Source: Saccostrea cucullata
Taxonomy: Eukaryota
NCBI RefSeq assembly: GCF_032062105.1
Contig: NW_026933720.1
Span: 434,001 to 498,000, forward strand
DNA length: 64,000 nt
Direction of reading: 5' to 3'
A program made the translations under genes and the position numbers. Shown in pieces: positions 50,660 to 61,662 of this stretch. Positions within the stretch are counted from its first letter, which is position 1, and every line of letters begins with the position of its first letter. A model generated the notes under the pieces. The model was given only the letters and a program-made list of their open reading frames with translations. It had not been told where the DNA came from and did not search any database.

Positions 50660-50885
50660 ACTTTGTTGTTTCTGGAGATTAATAAATACATGTAGAATAA
50701 ATAAACATTTTAAACAACAGTGTATCTTTTGATTAAAGGAAGCGAATATTGCAATATTCGTATCTGAGTAACAACTTTGTTGTTTCTGGAGATTAATAAA
50801 TACATGTAGAATAAATAAACATTTTAAACAACAGTGTATCTTTTGATTGAAGGAAGCGAATATTGCAATATTCGTATCTGAGTAA
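50660..50885 (+). repeat. 114-bp-period tandem duplication containing the SLC5 poly(A) signals
   Basis: 50660-50771 and 50774-50885 are near-identical; each contains several AATAAA. Confidence 0.92.
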
Positions 50886-50949
50886 TGTGGAAGTTACTTT
50901 ATCTTGTATTTCACTTATACTGACCTTAATAAGAATACCAACAAAAAAG

Positions 50950-53900
50950 GTATCTTAGATACATTTTTACGGCACCAAGCAGAGAGCTCCCTAAAGCCAT
51001 ACTAGTTTTGAATTTAACTTTTTTTGAAAGCCGGTTGAACAGTTTTCGTTTGTTGCTCAAAAACGGACTCTCATTTGGAATCTTATATCAATTGTAATCT
51101 TGTATCAAGTCCTTTTCAGATCCCATTTCTTCTATTTTAAAATGTTCTGCAAAAAATGGAAAACCTGTGACACTTCTATTTCTAGTAATCTTACTGGACA
51201 GAGCTCATACACCAAAACTTGGGAAAATTTGAACTGATCTTCTTATGCTGGAATAAATGTACCCTTTGTGGACTGATTTATGTTGGTGAAACCAAGGGTT
51301 CACTTCATAAAAGAATATCGGGTCACAGATTTCAAATTAACAACGGGGCCAACAGCTTCTCTACAAAAGCACTTTAGTTTGTCTGATCATTCTATTTTGT
51401 CAATGAAATGTCTAGAATTCTAGGAAAAATATCTCATCACACACACAGTCCATCACTGAGTACACCTTTCCATAGGCAACGAGAAGAATTTTGGATTAGA
51501 AAACTATGGACACCCTTTCCCTATACATGTATATGGGTGCAATGGGAATGTCGATGTTGTTGGGACTTAACCTTTCCAGTCCACAGTGTAAGAATGTAAA
51601 TGTGATGAGAATATTCAATCATACACAGAGACGTTAACGTAGTCAGGGGAATCAGTCTTACATAAATCAGCAATTAGGTCTACTTCACATGAAAAGGCCA
51701 AGGAAAGTCCCTTTTGAGTTTCTTGACACCAGAATACTGGCTCAGATTTGTGATTATGGGTTGCAAATCATAGTCTTTTTAAACCGCCACGTTATCCTGG
51801 AAAAAAATACAGCTGAAACAATATGTTTTTCCTTAAACTTCAATATACCAATAAAGGAATTGACGCGGTTTTTATAAGTAATATTCTCAGTCACTAAAGG
51901 GTCCAGTCTTGTATTCCATCAAATTTCAAGCTTAAAACTACACCTTGTATTTCCTACAAATTTACAACGAACATTGCTTCCAAACTTTAATTACAAGATA
52001 ACTTTACATGGCCTGGGTATAGAGTATATGAAACATAATCCTCCATCGTGCTCATATTCCTACTTGACACGTTATTTCTAGTGATGTAAAGTTAATAATG
52101 AGGACCTAAGATCATTTTTTTAAAAGGTCCTAAGTATAGGAAACCCCAATCCTCCCACTGGTGTAGTAATTTTATGAATATACTGGATTCTATAGAAGAT
52201 TACTCCAGGCGATGGGCCAGACATGAAAGAGAAGACAAGATAGATGTATGTTTAAATTGCACATTGAGGAGCAATATGAAAATTATCTTATCCTTCTGTA
52301 TTCAATAATTCAGAAGTGTATTACTTGAAGCTACTTGTATGCCCAATTTATTCAATACTACGATCAAACCTTTTGAAAAAAATATTATTGGTATAGGCCA
52401 TCTATGTACAAATTAATACAGTTACTAAGTGTGAATAATGTAAAAGAATGTAAAAGAATTATGTAATTCAGGGAAATATATAAAACCCTCGCGCTTCGAT
52501 ATGATTTAATCATGTAATTGTGTGTTTTTGTTGATTTGTTACTTTTATATTGTTGATATGACTAAAACTGCTATATTACATGTACTTGCATTGATCTCAT
52601 GTCATTCTCCATATGAACTGAAAAGACTGTTAACATGAATTTGTATGTTGCATGTTCCATAAGGATTTACAAGGACTGACCGTCCATTTTCGATCATTTC
52701 CTTCGTTTATATATTGTATATTGCTTTAAGACGTATGTTTTTGCAATAAAGAAATTGAAAAAAAAATGAAAAAAGTGCAAAAAAAAAGAAAAAAAAGATA
52801 GATAGATTACATGATCAGTACGTACTGGTCCCTGATGACAAATTTAAAGCAGATAAAACCATTGTATTTGTTTGTAACACTAATCATATTAAATTTATTT
52901 TAGAGGAACTTCTACGGTGATCCTACTATCACAGATGAAAATGTACCATCGGACATTTTGACAATTACTTTGGATCTTATCAATTCAAAATTCTCATATC
53001 TGTTTTTAATTTAATGAGTTGTCATATTGATTCAATCTGTCAGATTAATCTATTTTGAAATATTCAATTATCTTAATTAACCATGAGTGGTATGACCAGA
53101 TGGACTGTGCTTAGTGTGACTTAATTATTGTTTATTTAGAATCACAATCTTTTAAATTAACTCTACTTGTAAATCAAATAATTCATGTCATATGATACTC
53201 AAAATTGTCAATTATCAATCTATTCTATAAATACAAATTTTTGTTAACATTCGGAGGGTTGCAATCGGGACGCACTTGTCCTTGATACTGTCCGACCTAC
53301 GGAGAAATAAAAGTCTGCGAATCGTAAGGCGGATTTATTCTTATTTACCTTTACTCCACCCTAGTAGCTTTGCAACAAGCACACGCATCTAACGCGAGGG
53401 TGTGATACTACTTATACTCAGAGCTCCCTTTCTAAGGAGGCAATTCTTCAAAGTCATATGTCGGTTTCCAGTAAATGTTCTACCATGCCTCTTTTTTTTA
53501 CTCTTCACTAAGATATTAACAGAAGTGAAGGAGAAACTTCAAGAGTACTGTGCAACAATACATTCGAGAAGTGGTGTAAATCAGATGTGGATACTTAAAA
53601 ATTCCAAGGAACGTTTGGACAATTTGAAATCACAAGATTTTACCAAAATCAACAACTTACGACGACGTATTGTCAAATAACAATAGTTATTTCCATTCTT
53701 GTGTTGACTTGATATACAATATCTCGGCGATCTTAAAATAAAATATACCACAGAGTCTGACACGTCTGTTTCATATTTGGATATTTTCTTAGAAAAAAAA
53801 CCTTAATGGTTATCTAACAACAAAGCTTTACGATAAATGTGATGACTTAAATTTTCAATCAAAAACCTCCTTAATTACTTATGCATCATCTGCATATGAA

Positions 53901-54300
53901 GTTTATATGAGTTTTATATCTCTGAGTTGATTCGATAAGGAAATGCAATGAATTTTTTTTAAAACAAGATACGTTATAAATGTATGACAAACAGGTTGCT
54001 GAAACAAGAATATCAGCAGCCTCGTTCAAAGTAGTCATTTTGAAAGTTCTATGGCCGATACAATGACTTGCAATCAACAAATACAATTTATCATTAAGTC
54101 TAATGCTGACAGATTTCTTCATACTGATTGTTAGGCCATTATTTACATACTGATCTTTCCACGGATTTTTCCGCTTTTTCCCGAACATGACAACATGGAC
54201 AATGAGCACAAGGTGGATGCGACACCTGATCCCTCCTCTGATGTTTTGGAGGTCCATGTTTGCTCTGCTCCTATTTTTGTAATATTTAATGGACTTTTGA
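50950..54300 (+). mobile_element. Decayed Penelope-like element with GIY-YIG endonuclease upstream of RT (Naiad/Chlamys-type order)
   Basis: CTLCGLIYVGETKGSLHKRISGHRF from 51258 and RQREEFWIRKL.TPFPY (~51475) precede LKGPKYR (~52121), YVLVP (~52818), KEKLQEYC..IHSRSGVNQMWILKNS (~53530), KLYDKCDD (~53822) and the 3' motif (~54190-54275). Confidence 0.8.
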
Positions 54301-54457
54301 GCAATTTCATTTTCAGTTTCAAGATTAAACAAATTGTGTACATCTTTTAGATTACATAAACCGCATATTTCCTGCAATTAACTTATGCAACGTTCATTCT
54401 AGCAACCCAAGATAACATTTTACCATTATATGGTATACTAAGGAAAACTGTCTTCTT

Positions 54458-57428
54458 TGTTGCGAACTGTCGCAATTTTAATGATTTTTTTTAGAAATTT
54501 GAAGATGTACATGTATAATCCAGAATGTTCTATATGTCTCATAAATTAATTCTCAAGAAGTCTCTAGAATATGTCAGAATGTGATGACCTAGAATTTTAA
54601 AGAAGATTTCCGTGTGATTGTGATTTGCTACATTGTTTGGTGTCGGAACCCGGGAATTGGAACCTGATATCAAGAAGTTATCACGGAAAAGAAGACGATG
54701 TCAACCTCATACATGAAAGGACTGTGTACAAGGTACAAGAATCTACTGCTGAAGGAAAAGGTTAAAAGTAAGGCATTTCTTTCTTCAGAAGCTAAAGAAG
54801 AGGATATGACAACAGAGTTAAGGCAGATTCAATCTTCCTTGAGACGGTTAAAGGACTTTGGTGCTAAATTAGAAGAATCAATGAAAGAACTTTCCATTGC
54901 CTTTGAAGCAAAAGAAGACAATGAGTCTGAAATTGAAGAATTTACGGAAGACAGCGAGAAGTTGTTATAGAGCACTCAGAAGAACTTCAGATCTACTACT
55001 GGAAAAGAGATTGGAACAAGCGGACATTCCATATATGAAAACTGAACTGAAGCACCGAATGACCCACGAATAGACCACATGATAGATCTGCAGACAAAAA
55101 TGCAGGAACAACTGATGCATTTCCAAGAACTCCAAATTCAGGAACTGCATAGAAAAGAGAAGATTTGCAAAGAGAAAGAAACTCCAGCAGTTAAACTACC
55201 AAAGTTTGAACTACCTTCATTTAATGGAGACAAATTAAAGTGGAAAGAATTCTGGGACTCCTTTGAAGTTCTATCCACAAAAACTCAAGGCTTTTCAATA
55301 TTGAGAAGTTCAACTACTTGAAAAGTAAAATGGAAGGAGAGGCACAAACTGCTATTTCCAGCCTTATGCTGTCCCATGAAAATTATGACGTAGCTCTCTC
55401 CATATTGAAGGAAAGATCGGAGACGTGCAATCTGTGATTAACAAACATTATATGGACCTTATAAACATTAAACCTGCACTGAATAATACTTCCAGTCTCC
55501 GTAGACTATTTGATGATTTAGAAAAGCATATGCGCAGCCTAGATGCATTGGAAGAGGATGTAAACAAGGATGTCTTTGTTTCCATGATTATAACAAAGTT
55601 ACCAAAAGAAGCCAGATTACAATTAGAATTACAGAAAGAAAAGAGAGAAAAGTGGAATGTGCAAAATCTGAGAATATTTCTTAATAACTACATAGCTGCC
55701 AGAAAGTCTACAGATATGGAAAACCGAGCCGGTCATGAAGAACACTCTGCTAGAAAATTTTCATCACCTGAATTGTCATATGTAAACCAAAGGACATATA
55801 CATCTGCAGAAGCCCTAACAACACTATTTCAAGGATCGCAGAGAAAAAACAAATATGCACAGAACTGAGGACAATTGATGAGAGAAAACAAAAGATCAGA
55901 GGAAGATTTTACATTTGTCTTAAACCAGGCCATCTGAACAAAGACTGCAAAGTAGACAAACCATGCGTTCACTGCCATCAGACAAAAAAAAAAAACATCA
56001 TCGAAGTCTCTGCAATAAGAAGATCCCGCTTTCGAGAGAATCCTCACATATTGCCGAAACAACAGAAATATATGGTACAGAAATAGTTAACAATGTTCCA
56101 GAAAACAGTCTTCTCTCCTAACATGGTGCTAATGCAGACTGCAAGAACTGATACATTTGATTTGAAAGGTAGGAGAGATGAATCTGTTAGAATTCTGATG
56201 GACTCTGGGTCTCAAAGGAATATGTTATCGAAGAATTGGTTTCGACATTAAATGCAGAGAAAACAAACAGAAGAAATATCACTTAACACATTTGGAGTAA
56301 AGAAGCCCAAGACAATGACTCTTTAAGAATTAAACTAAAGGATGGACACTTCATGAGAATTGATGCGAATGTTGTGCCTCAAATAACAGGGTCAATAAAA
56401 AGAAGACCGTTACCACCTAACATCTCTGAAAAAGTACAACACCAATATAAACATTTTCAATTTGCTGATACCCTACCAAAAATTCCAGAAAATTCAAATG
56501 TTGACATCCTTATTGGAAATGACCATTACCTCGAGCTCGATTTGATATTATCAGAAAAAATGGAAGTTAACCAAGGACTATACTTACTTTCATCAAAGGT
56601 AGGATGGATTCTTACTGGAAGAATACAGGGAAATTCTAAGGCATCCAAAGATAAGTTACCTAAGTTACCGGTTGCAAACAGAAACAACTTTAGTACAAAA
56701 TAGTGTCTTCATTCGTCAATTGATAATTGTCTGCCCCTGAAGTTTTCTTCAAAAGATCGATACTTGGAACTAAAGACCAATCTCAATCGACAGATGATGA
56801 AAAGGCCTTGAAAAACTTTCAAATTACAGAAAATAGCAGATATTGAGTTACTTGGCCATGGAGAGAAAAAAACATCCTATAATTGTAAAGGGAAACAATT
56901 TCAACACACTAGATGTTGTTCTCATCAAAAAAGATCTCCCAAGTTGAAAAGTTGGACGTTCAGAAGAATTTCCGATTTGCAAATGAGTCGAGATGGTCAA
57001 TTCAGATCGGGAAAAAAGTGTGTACTGATGAATCAGAAGTGACAAAAGAACTAAATTAATGATTGACTTTCCTTGGCCTTGGGAGTGTTGCGAACTGTCG
57101 CAATTTTAATGTATTTTCTAGAATTTTGATGATATATACATATATAATCTAGAATTTTCTATACGCTTCATGAATTAATTCTCAACAAGTATGTTGAAAT
57201 TCTAAAGGCTCTAATATATGTTTCTTCAATACTATATATACGAGAGTTTTTGTGATCTTAATTATTATTGAAGTTAGATTGAAGAAATATTGAATACATA
57301 TCGGAAACCATCTGATTATTTTAGCCAATGTGGTATTGTGATTGTTAACCCCTGTGGATTTGTTATCTGCCTTTAATCGTCATGATAAATTATAAAAGAA
57401 GATTTCCGTGTGATTGTGATTTGCCATA
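54458..57428 (+). mobile_element. BEL/Pao LTR retrotransposon, internally deleted and degenerate
   Basis: LTRs 54458-54632 and 57086-57428 (TGTTGCGAACTGTCGCAATTTTAATG...GTGTGATTGTGATTTGC); TSD TTCTT; PBS TGGTGTCGGAACCCGGGA (tRNA-Phe-like) at 54638; gag VKLPKFELPSFNGDKLKWKEFWDSF, Cys/His knuckles (~55910-56010), protease LMDSGSQR (~56195); RT, RNase H and integrase cores absent. Confidence 0.93.
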
Positions 57429-58303
57429 TTCTTCAGTCTATCTACTTTTACAACTGTAATACCAATATTGACAAATAAAGTGGATGGTTGCTAAGATCAC
57501 TTAAATGTCATCCTATTTATAAAAACTGACAGCCTCAATTTCGACAAATATTGCCTGTCTAAGATCACTTAAATGAAATCGGATATAAAAACTGACAGCC
57601 TCAAGTTTCTCTAAAAACAAATGATAGTATTTAAGGTTCCCTATTTCTACTTTAATTCGAATGATCAAAAACTCGTTTTAAATGAAACGCAATTACTCTT
57701 ACAGAATGATCTGTTTTACAATTTAATGATGAAAACAAGTCTGAAAATTTCATTTACACGGTTATTTATAATAGGTAAAAGATGTATTTTACACCGTAAC
57801 ACATCCACCATGTATCGTCTCGCCCTTAAAACTAATGAAAACGTAATATATATCACTTGTATTGAACAAAGTCATACAAAATCTCTGTCAACGCGATATT
57901 GAATAACAACCTTTAAAAATTCATAAACTGAATTAGATTTTTAAATACTAGTAAGCGTTCAAACCTAGTAAACTAGTTCTGAAAAAAGTACATCATGATG
58001 GCAAAGCAATCAAATAAATAAATAAATTTTTAAAATCTTGTACATGTTCTTTAATGAAGAATATTCCAGAAGCACTCCAATGGGAAAAAGAATATTCACA
58101 GTTTCTCGAGACATTGTAAAATTAAATCACTGGTCATTTTTTTCAAACGTTTAATTTATTTTTTAGCAACATTTATACATTAATACTTTTGAAACAATTT
58201 ATTTGAAATATCCATTAATAACAGAGAGAGGTAGCTGAGACACACACGTTGAAACTTGCAAAAGCTCGCTCATTAATCTTGACAATCATTGACATTTGTT
58301 CAG

Positions 58304-58429
58304 CCAATAAAAAGGGCGGATTTCTAGATATTTAGATAGATTGTCCCTCCAAAAAAATATATAACTTCCATGCATGTGTGATTGAAAGAAACGCTAAAGA
58401 CCTCCAAAACCTGCTGAAACCCGAATAAG
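58304..58429 (+). promoter_or_regulatory. Putative promoter (CCAAT, GC box, TATA) and non-coding first exon
   Basis: CCAAT 58304, GGGCGG 58314, TATATAA 58358, donor AAG|GTAGGC after 58429; would serve the gene starting at 60935. Confidence 0.5.
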
Positions 58430-58699
58430 GTAGGCCTTTTTTGAAATAATTTCTGATCATAATTATCATAATACTAATACTTATTCTTATTAATCATATT
58501 TCATAAAAATTACAGATGACAAAAAGGCATTCATGTTTTGTTTATTATTTCATCACAGATATGTATTATATAACAATTTTTTTTTTCATTACTGGTTCAC
58601 CTGAGTATTTCCTCAATATTCCCTTTCTTCTGATATAGAGGCATCTAACATCGAGAGTGGGTGGCTCAACATTTCTAGCTTTTCCTCTGGAACCGAAGA

Positions 58700-60790
58700 G
58701 CAATCATAGTTCCCCTTTCTAAGGAAGAAATTCTTCAAAATCAAATGTCAGTTTTGAGTATTTTTGATATTCTAAACAACCAAAATGAATTTGATATACC
58801 ATATCTACTGGATTCCGAAACTTCATAAAATCCTTACAAACAAAGATACATAGCGGGCTCCAGTAATTGTTCAACCATGCCTCTTTCTTTACTCCTCACT
58901 AAGATATTAACAGTAGTAAAGGAGAAACTTCAAGAGTATTGTGCAAAAATATATTCCAGAAGTGGTGAGAGAACTTTTGGAAAATTTGAAATCACAAAAT
59001 TTTACCAAAATAAACAATTTAAAAACTTACGACTTTTCAACTTTATACACAACCATTCCCCGCGATAAATTAAAATCCAAGCTTCATTTCTTATATATAT
59101 AATTGACGGCTGCTTTCCCAACTCGTAAATTTACATATTTTCTCACTGGTCATTTGCAAAATTATTTTGATAAAAATCATTACGATTGTACATGTTGTAC
59201 GCACAAGTACACTGAAGTCGTCATCAAAAAGAGTTTCTGATTAACAATATCTACTATATATGTAGATTTTGGACACCAGATTTTCCAACCATCTTTTAGA
59301 ATTTTATAGTGTAGCAATTGTGCCCCCATATAAGCAGACCTATTTTTGTATTCATATGAAGATTAATTAATTTATCCGAAATCGTATACGTGAATAGAAG
59401 AAAACACTTGCTGTGGCATTCAACTCGACATTAAATTATATCGTATTGTAAATTAAAAATGGTTATTCCCATTCTAATGTCGATACGATATATCCTGGTG
59501 AGCTTGAAATAAAAGATACCACAGAGTCTAACACATCTGTTTTTATTAGGATTTTTGTATGCGCCCGAATTTATTCGGGGGCGCATATCGTTTTTGTCCT
59601 GTCTGTCTGTTTGTCTGTTTATCTGCTTGTCTGTCTGTTGTCAACTTTAACCTTCGCCATAACTTTTGAACCTTGAGAGATAGAGACTTCATATTTGGTA
59701 TGCATACTCCACTAATAAAGCACTTTCAACTGACACCAAGGTCAATAGCCTTGTGACCCTGACTGTGACCTATATGCTAAAAATATCTTTTTTTGAATTT
59801 TCGCCATAACTTTTGAACCATAAGAGATAGAGTCTTTATATTTGGTATGCGTACTCCACTAATTAAGTGCTTTCAAATGACACAAAGGATAATGATCGTG
59901 TGACCTTGACTGTGACCTACTTGCTAAAAATTGCATTTTAGAACTTTGTTGCCGTCGGGCGCATAGTGTTTCACAAACACATCTTGTTTTTACTAGAAAA
60001 ATAACTTACTGGTTATTTTACAACAAAAATGGTTATTTAACAACAGAGCTCTGTGATAAACGTGATGACTTTAACTTTTCTATTGTCAATTTTCCTTACT
60101 TATGCAGCAATATACCTTCATCACCTGCATACGGAGTTTATATCTCTCAATTGAATCGATTGATTGTATGTTGTTTAACGTCCGTGAATTTTTCAGTCAT
60201 ATAGAGACGTCACTGTATGCCGGTGAAGGGCTTCGAATTTAGACCTATACTGGGCACTCAGGGCCATTGAGCAGTGAGGGTTTTTTTATCGTACTAACGC
60301 CTACCGTGACATGGGACCTACGTTTTTAAGGTCATTTCCGAAAGACCTGTGACTTTCACTTCTAGTATTTTGGAGGTCCATGTTTGCTCTGATGTCTTAC
60401 GTCTCTTCGTATGAACATATTCAAAAACGAGGTAAATTATTGTCAAAAAAGTTGATGAAGCAAGCATATTAGCAGTCTCGTTTAAATATATTTCAATTTT
60501 CAATGACCTTGTCAGCAAATACAATTTATCATTGAGTTTAAAGCAAACTGGCGTTTATCATGATAGTTAATTGTTAGGAAATTATTTACGCACTGAATTG
60601 TTGACGGATTCTCCGTTCTTTCCTTGTCATGACAAGGAGCACACGGCGGGTGTGACCAGTCGGCAGAGGAGGCTCACTCCTACATGGCCACCTGATCCCA
60701 CCTCTGATGTTTTAGAGGTCCATGTTTGCTCTGCTCCAATTTTGTATTGTTTAATGGACTTTGAGATTGAATACTGTCCGTTATCTCCGT
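58700..60790 (+). mobile_element. Decayed Penelope-like RT and 3' end
   Basis: YWIPKLHKNPYKQRYIAGSSNCST (~58807), TYDFSTLYTTIP, IYPGELEIKDTTES, DKRDDFNFSIVNFPYLCSNIPSSPAYGVYISQL; 3' motif at 60627-60740. Confidence 0.9.
59552..59987 (+). mobile_element. HINE/DINE-like non-autonomous Helentron element
   Basis: 5' subTIR hairpin ATGCGCCCGA..TCGGGGGCGCAT, (GTCT)n microsatellite, two ~147-bp core repeats (59653, 59800), 3' subTIR TCGGGCGCATA and terminal hairpin GTGTTTCACAAACAC; inserted in a T run. Confidence 0.85.
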
Positions 60791-60934
60791 ATATTTCAAT
60801 TTGTACTATTGATATAGTACATGTAAGAAAAAAGGAAAATAGCTCATCCAAGTAATTTTCAGTGTCATCATTCATTTTTCATAAAGATTTTAAATAATGG
60901 CTATAGTAAGCAATAACATTGTTCAATTTCAGAA

Positions 60935-61662
60935 ATGGTTTCACTTCTAAATGTAGCAATCATCCTGTTCCTTTTTCCAATGGTTCACGGTTAGTATGTT
61001 CAAATTGTAACTAAATCACTGCATTATAATAAATTTTAAAAAATAATCAACTTTAAGAACAATCATCATTAATGAATGATAATAAACTTTGCAAATTATG
61101 CATACATCTTGCTTTGAACGTGCAAAATTAGTGCAACTTTTTTTGCTTTTTGTAATTTTTGGATAATTGTAAATGGTATGTGACCAAGCAAGTCTTTTTC
61201 ATATTTTAAAAGAATCATCTGCAGGAAAAATATCCAACACTGCATTAAAAAAATTAATTATGAAAATGTCAAAAGGGAGTTTAACAAGAACAGATTTTAG
61301 AACGAAAGGTCAACTATGGCAGGTTTTGACCGATCCGTATGGAAAGCCATATTATTTATTTCCTAAAACGGATCAATTCGGCAAACCATTAACCGATGGC
61401 GGAACAACTGCGGTAGTTCTCAGTCTATTGAGAGATGAATATGGTAGACCTGTCACTGACGATCATGGAAGCACTGTAATTGTACCACTACCATGGCCAA
61501 ATTCATAAACATCAGAAAGATTCCTCAACACAAGTCTCCTCCCCACTGACTTACGTCTATGTTGGGGTAGGCGTGGTTGTACCTTTGTTGATCATAGCGA
61601 TCGTCATTGTCATCCGGGTACTGAAGAAAAAGAAGAGCCTACGTGTCAGTGACACAGTATAA
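60935..61662 (+). CDS. Uncharacterised small secreted or single-pass membrane protein with TDxxG repeats (frame-disrupted; possibly a pseudogene)
   Basis: Exon 60935-60989 encodes signal peptide MVSLLNVAIILFLFPMVH with donor G|GTTAGT; in-frame acceptors at 61212 or 61224; ORF runs to stop 61508; a TM helix plus KKKK tail lies in the +1 frame (61480-61662). Confidence 0.6.

Noticed and set aside
52826-52860. Hammerhead ribozyme core (CTGATGA)
   Set aside because: Lies in decayed PLE coding sequence (YVLVP.DK) with no matching stems or properly placed GAAA.
59640-59940. CRISPR-like or satellite array
   Set aside because: Two ~147-bp core repeats internal to a HINE-type element in a eukaryotic genome; no repeat-spacer structure.
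51200-60790. Selenocysteine (in-frame TGA) codons in the Naiad-type element
   Set aside because: Copies are too decayed; the Cys positions I could check (SKCS, NCAP) have TGC/TGT, so Sec cannot be claimed.
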